Part shown: piece after piece, positions 44,004 to 52,947 of the stretch | Layout: each line of letters opens with the position of its first letter | How positions within the stretch are numbered: position 1 is the first letter of the stretch | NCBI GenBank assembly: GCA_016212105.1 | Contig: JACRHJ010000013.1 | Span: 46,782 to 110,781, forward strand | Origin: Nitrospirota bacterium | GTDB lineage: Bacteria > Nitrospirota > JACRHJ01 | Direction: 5' to 3' | Length of the DNA stretch: 64,000 nt | Made by a program: the position numbers and the translations under genes | Notes under the pieces: generated by a model | What the model saw: the letters and a program-made list of their open reading frames with translations, nothing else | Database searches by the model: none | Told to the model about the DNA's origin: nothing

Positions 44004-46871
44004 CTACTGTATCCTCCGCACCATCTCCCTGACGCCGTCGTAGTCCGAGTCGCGGGACTCTATGAAGCCGGTGTAGTCCTTGTCGAGCGACGTGAGGATG
44101 AGCTTCTCCTCCGCGGACCTCGGCGAAAGCGAGGTGAGCGCGAGCTTCAGCTTGTCGGCGAGGACGGTGTCGAGGCCCGGCCTCGCGCAGAAGTTGAACT
44201 CCGGTATGTCGTCGGAGGTCTTTATGAACCGGAGGCCCTTCTCCTTGTACTGGTTCGCGGTGGTCTCCCTGAGGCCGCCCGCGTCCAGCTCGCCCAGGAG
44301 CACCGCCTTGGCCACGTCGTCGTGGTGGCCCAGGAAGCGGTACTCCCTGAGGTCCGTAAGCTTGACGCCCGCCTTGGCGAGCATGTAACGCGGCACCAGG
44401 TAGCTGGACGTGGACATCTCGTCGCCAAAGGCGAACGTCCGCCCCTTCAGGTCCTCGATGCGCTTGACGTCGCTGTCCTGCCTCGTGACTATCATCGTGT
44501 GGGTGTACGGGACGCCGTTCCTCATCGCCTTCGCGAGGAGCGACACTCCGTAATGCTCGTGCGCCTCTATGTACGTCGTCGGCGTCATGTAGCAGATGTC
44601 CGCGACCCCCGTGCCGACGTCCTTTACCGCGTCCGTGAACGACGAGGTGAGCTTGAAGACCACCTCGCGCCCGACCCTGCGGGAGAGGTACGCCGCGAGC
44701 GGCGAGAACTTCTTGTACATCTGGGCCGGGCTCTCCAGCGGCACCAGGCCGAGCTTGATTATCTCGGAGCCGGCCCCGGTAATCCTGAATGTGCCGACCT
44801 CGTCCTTCAGCTCCTCAATGTGCCTGGCGAGTTCCTCGACCGCGAGGCCCATCTCGGAGGCCAGCGTCTCGTTCTCGAGCGCGACGTCCCTGATGCGCTC
44901 GACCGAGCGGACCATGTCCTCGCTGCCCTTCCTCTGCTCGTTAATCGCGTTCGCTATGTGCTGGGCCTGCTGGTTGGTGTTCTCGACCGCCATTATTATA
45001 AGGTCGGAGCCCTTGGACTGCTCGGCGGTCGCGGTCCGTACGTGCCTCGCCACCTCCTTGACCTTGTCCGCCTCGCGCAGTATCTGGTCGGAGCCCTGCG
45101 TAAGCTCGGACGTCGCCCGCTGTATGGACTGGACTATGTCCCTGGTGTTGACCATCGCCTCGGCGACACGCTTGGCGCCCTCCGCCTGCTCCATCGTCGC
45201 GTCCTCTATCCGCTTGGACATCTCGGAGGACTGCGCCGACGACTTCACTATACCCTCCAGCACGTCCTTGGCCTGGTAGACGACGGCCTGGCCCTCCTCG
45301 ACCGCGGCCTTGCCGGACTCCATCGCCTGCACCGCCTCGGAGGCCTCGGCCTGGACGGTGGCGATGAGCTTGGAAATCTCCTGCGTGGACGACGCGGTCC
45401 TCTCCGCCAGGTCCTTTATCTCGTCAGCGACCACCGCGAATCCCTTGCCGTGCTCGCCCGCCTGGGACGCGAGTATGGCAGCGTTCAGCGACAGAAGCTC
45501 CGTCTGGTCGGTGACCTCGTCTATGACGTTCAGTATCTCGCCTATCTGGCGCGAGCGGCCGCCGAGCCGGTTGATGACCTCAGCCGAGCGGTTGACCTCG
45601 TTCTTGATCTTGCTCATTCCCTCGATGGCGCGCTCCATCGCCCCCATACCGAGCCTCCGGGCGTCGGTCGTGACCTTCTCCGAGAGCTGGGCCGACTCCT
45701 TGGCCGCGCCCTCGACGTCCCTGATGGAGTTCGCCACACGCGTGATTGACTCCACGCTCGTGTCGGCCGCGTCCGACAGGACTCCGACGTAGCGCGAGAC
45801 CTCACGGATGGACGCGGTTATCTGGCTGATGGACGAGACGGTCGAGTCTACCGAGGACGACAGCACCGCCGCGCTCCCCGCGATCTCGTCTATCGAGGCG
45901 GTCATCTCCAGTATCGAGGACGACGTGGACTCAGCCGAGTAGTACAGGCTGTCCGCGGACTCCGCTACGCCCTTTATCGAGGCGTTTATCTCCTCGATGC
46001 CGCCGGACGAGGACTCGACCGCGCGCGCCTGGACGTGCGCGCCCTCCGCCACCTTTGCAGAGTTGACGACTATCTGCGTAGAGACCGAGCCGACCTGGTA
46101 GCTCATCCGGTTTATCCTCTGGACGACCCTCTGGACGCTGTCTATGAAACTGTTGAAGCTCCCGGCGAGCTGCCCCATCTCGTCCTTCGACCCGGACTCC
46201 ATGCGGTATGTGAGGTCCTTGTCCCTCTCCATCTGTGTCATGACGCCGACCGCCTTCTCTATCGGTGAAAGCACGACTCTCCTGAGCCAGAGCGCGAGCA
46301 GGAGCGCGACAAGCGCGATCGCGGCAAACGCGTTCAGTATCGCCATGAGCTTGTGGTCCTTGATGTCGGCGTAGACCTTCTCGAGCGAGACGGATACGGC
46401 GAGGACGCCCTGGTACTTGTGGTCGCTCCCGTGGCAGCCCTGGCAGCTCTCCTCGTTCACGAGCGGCTTGAAGAGCGTCAGCGACCGCTTGTCCTTCAGC
46501 TCGGAGACGATGCCCGTCGCGAGCGCCTCCCTCACCCTTGCTTCGACGTCGGCGGGCGGGTCGGGGTAGCCCGCGTCGAGGTATATCTCGTCGCCGTCCT
46601 TGTTGAAGACGCGGACCTCCTTTATGCCGGACACAGTCCTCAGCTCCGAGACCATACCGCTCGCGGACTCCGGCTGGCCGGTGTTCATGACCGTCTTCAT
46701 ACTCGATATGATGGCCGAGGCCAGAAGCTCCGTCTTCGAGTGGTTGGCGGCGAGCAGCTCGGTCTCCTCCTTCTGGAGCGTCATGTATACGAGGAGCCCG
46801 AACCCGCCCATGAGCGTGGCCACGACTATCGCTATAATCTTGGTCTGCATGCGGCTGATGAACATTTTCAC
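44004..46871 (-). CDS. Methyl-accepting chemotaxis protein with a heme-c (CXXCH) periplasmic sensor domain and a C-terminal PhnD/SsuA-like PBP domain
   Basis: TM1 [19 protein letters not shown]; ~140-aa periplasmic domain containing SCQGCH (nt 46445..46431), DUF3365/Tll0287-like; TM2; HAMP; MA domain; C-terminal [35 protein letters not shown]...[16 protein letters not shown]. Paralogous to 36962..39859, with >85% nt identity across parts of the MA domain. Confidence 0.85.
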   Translation of the reverse strand: MKMFISRMQTKIIAIVVATLMGGFGLLVYMTLQKEETELLAANHSKTELLASAIISSMKTVMNTGQPESASGMVSELRTVSGIKEVRVFNKDGDEIYLDAGYPDPPADVEARVREALATGIVSELKDKRSLTLFKPLVNEESCQGCHGSDHKYQGVLAVSVSLEKVYADIKDHKLMAILNAFAAIALVALLLALWLRRVVLSPIEKAVGVMTQMERDKDLTYRMESGSKDEMGQLAGSFNSFIDSVQRVVQRINRMSYQVGSVSTQIVVNSAKVAEGAHVQARAVESSSGGIEEINASIKGVAESADSLYYSAESTSSSILEMTASIDEIAGSAAVLSSSVDSTVSSISQITASIREVSRYVGVLSDAADTSVESITRVANSIRDVEGAAKESAQLSEKVTTDARRLGMGAMERAIEGMSKIKNEVNRSAEVINRLGGRSRQIGEILNVIDEVTDQTELLSLNAAILASQAGEHGKGFAVVADEIKDLAERTASSTQEISKLIATVQAEASEAVQAMESGKAAVEEGQAVVYQAKDVLEGIVKSSAQSSEMSKRIEDATMEQAEGAKRVAEAMVNTRDIVQSIQRATSELTQGSDQILREADKVKEVARHVRTATAEQSKGSDLIIMAVENTNQQAQHIANAINEQRKGSEDMVRSVERIRDVALENETLASEMGLAVEELARHIEELKDEVGTFRITGAGSEIIKLGLVPLESPAQMYKKFSPLAAYLSRRVGREVVFKLTSSFTDAVKDVGTGVADICYMTPTTYIEAHEHYGVSLLAKAMRNGVPYTHTMIVTRQDSDVKRIEDLKGRTFAFGDEMSTSSYLVPRYMLAKAGVKLTDLREYRFLGHHDDVAKAVLLGELDAGGLRETTANQYKEKGLRFIKTSDDIPEFNFCARPGLDTVLADKLKLALTSLSPRSAEEKLILTSLDKDYTGFIESRDSDYDGVREMVRRIQ

Positions 46872-47773
46872 CCTTCCATAGCCAGGATGCGGCCTGTGTT
46901 TAGGAGTATCAGAAGCCGGTCGCCCATGCGGCCGACGCCCTGTATGTATTCCGCCTCGACGCCGCCTATAACGGCGGGCGGGGGCTCAATAGTCTTCATC
47001 GGGAACCTCACGACCCCCGTCACCTTGTCCACGATGACGCCCTGCGGCATGCCCTCCTCGGACACGACGACTATGCGCGTCGCCCTCGTGTGCTCTGCCT
47101 CATCGAAGCCGAGCCGCTTCTTTATGTCGAACACCGGGATTATCACGCCGCGAAGCGATATTATGCCCCTGACGAAGCCCGGCGCCCTCGGGACGTCCGT
47201 TATCTTCTGGAGCCTTATTATCTCGAGCACGTCCTCGACCCGGACCGCGTACTCCTCGCTGCCGAGACGGAACGCGAGGTACTCGACCACGGCGTCTCCG
47301 GTGTCGGCGGCCTCGCCCGGCCCGTCGTCCACCGCGTGAGGGGGCGGAGACGGAGGCTCGTCGGCGGGCGGCTGGTCCCAGACGGGCGGCTCTTCGGGGG
47401 CCTCGGGTCCCGGGACGTCTTCCATCAGATCGCCGGCGGCACCGAATGGCAGAGGCCCGTCCTCGGACAGCGTCAGGAACATGTCGCCAAGCTCCGCATC
47501 GTCTTCGGGCTCCGGCTCAGACTCCGGGACTGGCTCCGTCGCCTTTGCCTTCTTGCGCCCGGCACCGGCCTTTTTCCTTTTCGGTTTGGGTTCCGGCACG
47601 GCGGACGCCACGGGGACGGCGGGCGCACCGCCCTCGTCCGTCACCGGATCGGCTTCCAGCGACGTTGCCGTCTCTTCGGCGGACACTTCAGCCGGGCCGG
47701 CCGCGTCCTTCGCTGCCTCCGCTTCCGCGTCCTTCAGCCCCTTGGCCTTCTTTCTTATCTCAAGCAGGTCCAT
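46868..47773 (-). CDS. cheW: CheW-like protein with ~170-aa disordered Pro/Glu/Ala-rich N-terminal extension
   Basis: C-terminal CheW domain ([58 protein letters not shown]). Overlaps the MCP start by 4 nt. Confidence 0.85.
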   Translation of the reverse strand: MDLLEIRKKAKGLKDAEAEAAKDAAGPAEVSAEETATSLEADPVTDEGGAPAVPVASAVPEPKPKRKKAGAGRKKAKATEPVPESEPEPEDDAELGDMFLTLSEDGPLPFGAAGDLMEDVPGPEAPEEPPVWDQPPADEPPSPPPHAVDDGPGEAADTGDAVVEYLAFRLGSEEYAVRVEDVLEIIRLQKITDVPRAPGFVRGIISLRGVIIPVFDIKKRLGFDEAEHTRATRIVVVSEEGMPQGVIVDKVTGVVRFPMKTIEPPPAVIGGVEAEYIQGVGRMGDRLLILLNTGRILAMEG

Positions 47774-48579
47774 CAGCCCTCCAGCCCGAGGTCACGGGCC
47801 GCGTCTTCCACCATGGCGCGCGCGACGACCGCCGCGCCAGCGCCCATCCCCGACAGAAGCGCCCCGGTGGCGATGTTGTTTATCACCCTCGGTATCCCGC
47901 CGGAGAACCTGTGTATCGCCTCGACAGCGCCCTCGTCGAAGAGGTCTTCCTCCCTGCCCGCGACCCCGGCCCTGTGCCGGAGGTAGCTCGCCGTGTCATC
48001 GAGGCCGAGCGGTTCGAGGTGGTAGCTCATCCCTATCCTCTGCCGGAGCGCGTCGTAGGCGGGCCGTTTCAGCCGGGCGCGAAGCTCCGGCTGCCCGATG
48101 ATGACCAGGGCGAGCAGGTTCCTGTCGTCCAGCTGGTAGTTCGTGAGGAGGCGTATCTCCTCGAACGTGTCCTTGCCGGGTATGAGCTGGGCCTCGTCGA
48201 CTATTACCACGGGGCAGACGCCCTCCTCGTACATCCTGTAAAGCGCGTCGTTTATCTGCTCCAGCAGGTCGGTCTTGAAATGCTTCGGCCTCTCGACGCC
48301 GAGCTGCCTGGCGAGCATCCGCAGGAGCTGGGCAGGGGAGAGCCTCGGGTTTATGATGAGGAGCGGCCTGTACGACTCGTCCAGCGAGTCGATAAGGGCG
48401 CGCGACAGCGTCGTCTTCCCGGAGCCTATGCCGCCGGTCAGGAGCGCGAAGTCACGCTCCTCGACCGCGTACTGGAGGCGCGCGAGCGCCTCCGCGTGGC
48501 CCTTGCTCATGAAAAGGAACGACGGGTCGGGCGTCTTCGAGAAACACCTCGCCTTCAGGCCGTAGAACTCCTCGTACAT
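47773..48579 (-). CDS. ExeA/GspA-like AAA ATPase (AAA_22, COG3267)
   Basis: ALLTGGIGSGKTTLSRAL (Walker A), VVIVDEAQ (Walker B); 268 aa. Embedded between cheA and cheW. Confidence 0.75.
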   Translation of the reverse strand: MYEEFYGLKARCFSKTPDPSFLFMSKGHAEALARLQYAVEERDFALLTGGIGSGKTTLSRALIDSLDESYRPLLIINPRLSPAQLLRMLARQLGVERPKHFKTDLLEQINDALYRMYEEGVCPVVIVDEAQLIPGKDTFEEIRLLTNYQLDDRNLLALVIIGQPELRARLKRPAYDALRQRIGMSYHLEPLGLDDTASYLRHRAGVAGREEDLFDEGAVEAIHRFSGGIPRVINNIATGALLSGMGAGAAVVARAMVEDAARDLGLEG

Positions 48580-48584
48580 GCTGC

Positions 48585-48855
48585 TACCTCGACTTCATGT
48601 AAAACAACCGCGAAAACCCCGCCTTCTTGTAAGAAGGCGGCCCAAGAACTTTTGTGAGATATTGTAGGGTGGGCATTGCCCGCCATGCTTTTATGCAGGG
48701 GCCGACCCGTGTGTCGGCCCCTGCCTGTCACCCCCGTGAAAACGGGGGTCCATGTTGACTTTATGCGTTACAATGGATTCCCGCTTTCGCGGGAATGACA
48801 ATACATCGTATAAAGGCGGATTCTTCGCTTCGCTCAGAATGACACCATTAAAACA
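48585..48855. repeat. Intergenic mosaic (K, G, C, B, A, J)
   Basis: ccccgccttcttgtaagaaggcggcccaagaactt; tgtagggtgggcattgcccgcc; tgcaggggccgacccgtgtgtcggcccc; gtcacccccgtgaaaacgggggtcc; ggattcccgctttcgcgggaatgac; ttcgcttcgctcagaatgacacc. Confidence 0.85.
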
Positions 48856-48858
48856 AAC

Positions 48859-50841
48859 CTACCTTCTCAGCGTCGCTTCGTCTATCAGCGCCTCGACGTC
48901 CAGCACAAGCACGACCTCGTTGTCGCCGAGCTCGGTCGCACCGGCTATGCCCGGCACGTTCTTCAGCTTCTCGCCTATGCTCTTTATGACTATCTCCTGC
49001 TGACCGACGAGCCTGTCCACCACAAGCCCGAGCCGCCTCTCCGCGATGCCGACTACTACCACGTAGAGGTAGTCGCCCGCGTCTGACTTGGGCAGGCTGA
49101 ACACGCGGTCGAGCCACAGAAGCGGCAGGGTCTCTCCCCTGAGCGAGACGACCTCGCGCTTCTCGATCGTGGTTATCCTGTCCCTCGTTATCATCAGGGA
49201 CTCTAGGACGGACGACAGCGGCACCGCGAACGTCTCGGCCGAGACGTCCACTATCAGCGCCTTGATGATGGCGAGAGTTATGGGCAGCGTTATCGTGAAC
49301 TTCGTCCCCACGCCTATCTCGGTCTCGACGTCTATCATGCCGGAGAGCCTTGATACGTTCTTCTTCACAACGTCCATCCCGACGCCGCGCCCGGAGACCT
49401 CGCTGACCTTCTCCGACGTGGAAAACCCGGGCATGAATATGAAGTCCATTATCTCGCGCTTCGACAGGACGTCCGACTCCTTTATAAGCTCCCTCTCGAC
49501 CGCCTTCCTCCTGACCTTCTCGTGGTCTATGCCGCCACCGTCGTCCTCGACGGTTATCACGACACGGTTCCCCTTGGGGAAGGCGTCCAGCCTGATGGTG
49601 CCCCTCTCCGGCTTGCCGCGCCTCGCCCTTACCTGGGCGGCCTCTATGCCGTGGTCTATCGAGTTCCGGATGAGGTGCATCAAGGGGTCGGACATGTCCT
49701 CGACCATCAGCTTGTCGAGCTCCGTGTCCTCGCCGGACATCTCGAGGTCTATGTCCTTGCCGACGTCGCCGGCGTACTTCCTGACCGCCTGGGTCAGCCT
49801 CGTGAATATCTGGCCGATGGGCACCATCCTGACCTCTATCACGCCCTCCTGAAGCTCGCCGAGCTTACGCTCGAACGTCCGGGTGGCCTTGTGGAGGTCC
49901 ACCGCGATGCCGGTGAAGCCGTGCAGGCCGCGCAGGTCTTTGCTAAGCTGGGATATTATGTTCTTGGAGAGCACCAGCTCGCCGACGATGTTCATCAGGT
50001 GGTCGAGCCGGCTAATGTCCACGCGGACGGTCTTCGACAGGCTCTTGATGGTCGGCGAGGCGGCCTCGGAGGCGGCCTTCTTCTCCTCCGCCTTGTACTT
50101 TATCTCTACGACCTCCGCGCCCAGGCCGCCGACTTCCTCGACCAGCCTGTCCATAGTGGACTTCGTGCCCATCAGGAGGTTGAACTCGATGCCCATGTCC
50201 GGGCTCATCCCGGAGGACGGGAGCGTGCTGATTATCTCGCCCAGGGACTTCAGCTTGTCGTTCAGCGCTGTCAGGTCCTTGTCGAAGGTCATAAGGTCGA
50301 ACCGGGCCTTGACGAGGAATATCCCGTTCTTCGCCTTTACGTTCTCCTTCAGGCGGTGCTCCTCGTACTCCGTCAGGACCGCGACCAGTGCCGGGTCTAT
50401 GGCAAGCTCGTCCACCGGCGACTTCTTGTCCGCCCCGCCGCCGCCCGTCATCGCGGCCTCTATCACGGCGGCGATGTCCGTGGTGTCCGCGCGCTCGAAC
50501 CCGCTCCGGCTTATGTCCTCGGACAGCTCCTTCAGCCGGTCGAGCGCCTGGAAGATGGCCTGCGTGACCTCCGGCGTGATGGGCACCTTGCCGAGCCGGA
50601 GCGCGTCCAACAGCGACTCGAGCTTGTGCGACAGGGTCGAGACACCCGTGAACCCGAACATGCCGGACAGCCCCTTCAGCGAGTGGACGCCCCGGAATAT
50701 CGCGTTCACCACGTCCGGGTCCACCGAGCCGGCCTCGACCATCGCCTCCATCTGGATGAGGTGCTGGTTGAGGTCCTCGAGTATGTCCTCGGCCTCGGCC
50801 AGGAACTCGCCTTTTGACCGTTCGTCTTTTTCTGACGCCAA
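48859..50841 (-). CDS. cheA: Chemotaxis histidine kinase CheA
   Basis: P1/Hpt (FRGVHSLKGLSGMFGF), dimerisation domain, HATPase (DDGGGID, GRGVGMDVV) and C-terminal CheW-like domain. TTG start 50841 with GGAGA 8 nt upstream. Confidence 0.9.
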   Translation of the reverse strand: MASEKDERSKGEFLAEAEDILEDLNQHLIQMEAMVEAGSVDPDVVNAIFRGVHSLKGLSGMFGFTGVSTLSHKLESLLDALRLGKVPITPEVTQAIFQALDRLKELSEDISRSGFERADTTDIAAVIEAAMTGGGGADKKSPVDELAIDPALVAVLTEYEEHRLKENVKAKNGIFLVKARFDLMTFDKDLTALNDKLKSLGEIISTLPSSGMSPDMGIEFNLLMGTKSTMDRLVEEVGGLGAEVVEIKYKAEEKKAASEAASPTIKSLSKTVRVDISRLDHLMNIVGELVLSKNIISQLSKDLRGLHGFTGIAVDLHKATRTFERKLGELQEGVIEVRMVPIGQIFTRLTQAVRKYAGDVGKDIDLEMSGEDTELDKLMVEDMSDPLMHLIRNSIDHGIEAAQVRARRGKPERGTIRLDAFPKGNRVVITVEDDGGGIDHEKVRRKAVERELIKESDVLSKREIMDFIFMPGFSTSEKVSEVSGRGVGMDVVKKNVSRLSGMIDVETEIGVGTKFTITLPITLAIIKALIVDVSAETFAVPLSSVLESLMITRDRITTIEKREVVSLRGETLPLLWLDRVFSLPKSDAGDYLYVVVVGIAERRLGLVVDRLVGQQEIVIKSIGEKLKNVPGIAGATELGDNEVVLVLDVEALIDEATLRR

Positions 50842-50844
50842 GAG

Positions 50845-51170
50845 GAAATCTCCTGAAAGAATCTACGACAAAGTCCCGCCTTCTTGAAAGAAGGCGGCCC
50901 AAGAACTTCTAAACGGCTTCCGTGCGAAACTCGTCGTCCCGAGCGAAGCCGAGGGACCTGCTTTTATGTAGGGGCCGACCCGTGTGTCGGCCCTGACTCT
51001 TCATTAGATTTCGTAGTGGCCGGCCTCTGAATGGCCCGTATGGAGTCCGTGCCCTAAAATTATCGTGTCGCCCCGTGCTTGCCCTCCATTGTCACCCCCG
51101 TGAAAACGGGGGTCCATTTTGACCTTGTGCATTACAATGGATTCCCGCTTTCGCGGGAATGACAAGCGTT
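50845..51170. repeat. Intergenic mosaic (K, C, H, B, A)
   Basis: aagtcccgccttcttgaaagaaggcggcccaagaactt; tgtaggggccgacccgtgtgtcggccc; ccccgtgcttgccc; gtcacccccgtgaaaacgggggtcc; ggattcccgctttcgcgggaatgac. Confidence 0.85.
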
Positions 51171-51172
51171 AT

Positions 51173-51550
51173 TCAGACCGTCACCCCCAGCACCTTCTTG
51201 ATAAGTTCCTGCAGGTCCTCGCCCTTGAACGGCTTGACTATGTAGCCCGAGGCCCCGAGGGCAAGGCCCCGCCTGCGGTCCTCCTCGCTCTTTTCGGTGG
51301 AGACCACGATGAGCGGTATGGACTTGTAGTTGGGGTGGCCCTTGACGAAGCTGATAAGCTCCAGTCCGTTTATGTCGGGCATGTTTATGTCGGTGATTAT
51401 CAGGTCGAACTGGTGGGACGGGAGCGCCTTCAGCGCGTCGAAACCGCTTCCGGCCTCATGGGTGACGAAGCCTGGCAGGGCCTCGACCGTCGCCCGGATG
51501 AGACCCCGCATCGCCTTCGAATCCTCTACTATAAGGACTTTCCTGGTCAT
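51173..51550 (-). CDS. cheY: CheY-like single-domain response regulator
   Basis: KVLIVEDS...DLIITDINMPDINGLE...K; 125 aa. Confidence 0.85.
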   Translation of the reverse strand: MTRKVLIVEDSKAMRGLIRATVEALPGFVTHEAGSGFDALKALPSHQFDLIITDINMPDINGLELISFVKGHPNYKSIPLIVVSTEKSEEDRRRGLALGASGYIVKPFKGEDLQELIKKVLGVTV

Positions 51551-51594
51551 TAAGCGCTCCCCGCCTGAAGGGTTTACCCCTTGTCAAGGTTGGA

Positions 51595-52827
51595 CTACGT
51601 ATTCTTTTCCTTCAGCCTCTCAAGTTCCATAATCTTTCTTTCGAGCAGGGCCTTCTCCATTGCGAGGCCCGCCTGGTACACGAATATCTCAAGGCCGGCG
51701 ATGTTCGGGACCGGCTTCCTGTCCGGGAGGTTGTCCCCGTACAGGAGCGCCACGACCCTGTCGTTGCTGACCAGGGGTATCAGGAAGAACTCCTCCGGCT
51801 CGCTGCCGCCCAGCTCCTTGACGAGGTATGCGTCCCACGCGGTGTGCGAAAACCTCCCGAGCATCGACCTCTTGTTGGCAACCACCTCCGTGAAGATGGA
51901 CTTCTCGGAGACCGGGACGCGTATCTGTCTTACCCTGTGGTCGGCTGAGGCCTCCTTCAGCTCTATGCCGAACTGCCCCAGCCCCTTTACGTCCTCGCGG
52001 GTGACCATGAACAGGACCGAGCGGTTCACGACCTCGCTCGCGTACCGGAGGACGAGGAGCGTTATCTCCGCGGTCGCGGTCGGGAACCTCAGCTCCTCGA
52101 ACATCGACTTCAGCGTGCTCATCTCGCGGGAACGGTCGAGGGCCGCCCTCTCCTCGCCGGAGACCTTCGTGGAGGACGGGGCCATGCCCTGCTCCTCCAG
52201 GAAGTCGGAGAACTCCGAGGCCGCCTTCTTCTTGGCGTTGTCCGGCGCGACCCTGGGCTCCGGGAAGGCCTCGACGGTCTGGGCCGCCTTGGCCTTCGCC
52301 GCAACCTTGCCGTCCCGCTTCTTCTCGTCCATCACCCGGGCGCCTTCCATCAGAAGGTACTCGGGGTTCAGCCCGGCCTTGAGCAGGAACTCCTGCGTCA
52401 CGACCTCTATCTTGTCGCCGGGCGTGACCTCGCCCAGGTCGAAGTTGAAGAACCCGTCCTCCCAGGAAAGCAGGGAGTAAATCATGTTCTCTATCTGGCC
52501 GCGGATCGTGTCCTCTAAGTCCTGCTGCCCGAGGTAGCCCATCTCGACCAGTATCTGGCCGAGACGGATCCCGCCGCCCAGCTTCTTCTGCGTGTCGAGC
52601 GCGCGGGTCAGGTCCCGTTCGTTTATCAGGCCCTTGGATATAAGTATGTTGCCGAGCGTGTCGCGCAGGTTGTCCGTCGCGGCCTGGATGACCTGGCCGT
52701 CCCTGAACACGACGACGGCGGCCCCGGCCTTGCTCTTCAGTACCAGGGTGCCGGTCTTCTTGCTCAGGCTTATTATCTGAAATATATCCGCAAGCGCCAG
52801 GTCTTCCAGACGCCCAACAAGGCTCAT
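51595..52827 (-). CDS. DUF4388-domain protein with C-terminal GAF-like region
   Basis: N-terminus MSLVGRLEDLALADIFQIISLSKKTGTLVLKS (the DUF4388 signature GxLxxhxLxDlhQ). 410 aa. Confidence 0.6.
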   Translation of the reverse strand: MSLVGRLEDLALADIFQIISLSKKTGTLVLKSKAGAAVVVFRDGQVIQAATDNLRDTLGNILISKGLINERDLTRALDTQKKLGGGIRLGQILVEMGYLGQQDLEDTIRGQIENMIYSLLSWEDGFFNFDLGEVTPGDKIEVVTQEFLLKAGLNPEYLLMEGARVMDEKKRDGKVAAKAKAAQTVEAFPEPRVAPDNAKKKAASEFSDFLEEQGMAPSSTKVSGEERAALDRSREMSTLKSMFEELRFPTATAEITLLVLRYASEVVNRSVLFMVTREDVKGLGQFGIELKEASADHRVRQIRVPVSEKSIFTEVVANKRSMLGRFSHTAWDAYLVKELGGSEPEEFFLIPLVSNDRVVALLYGDNLPDRKPVPNIAGLEIFVYQAGLAMEKALLERKIMELERLKEKNT

Positions 52828-52866
52828 AGACTTCCCCTGTCAAAGGTCGGTTTATAAAGATTTGTG

Positions 52867-52895
52867 ATTATATCACCCGTCAAACCGTTTGGCAA
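52867..52895 (-). promoter_or_regulatory. Putative sigma70 promoter (TTGCCA-17-TATAAT, minus strand) upstream of the DUF4388 gene
   Basis: Minus strand reads gTTGCCAaacggtttgacgggtgaTATAATcac. Confidence 0.35.
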
Positions 52896-52947
52896 CAATT
52901 TTGTACCTAAATATATGAGAAGTCTGGATAACGGGACGAGGCCGGTC

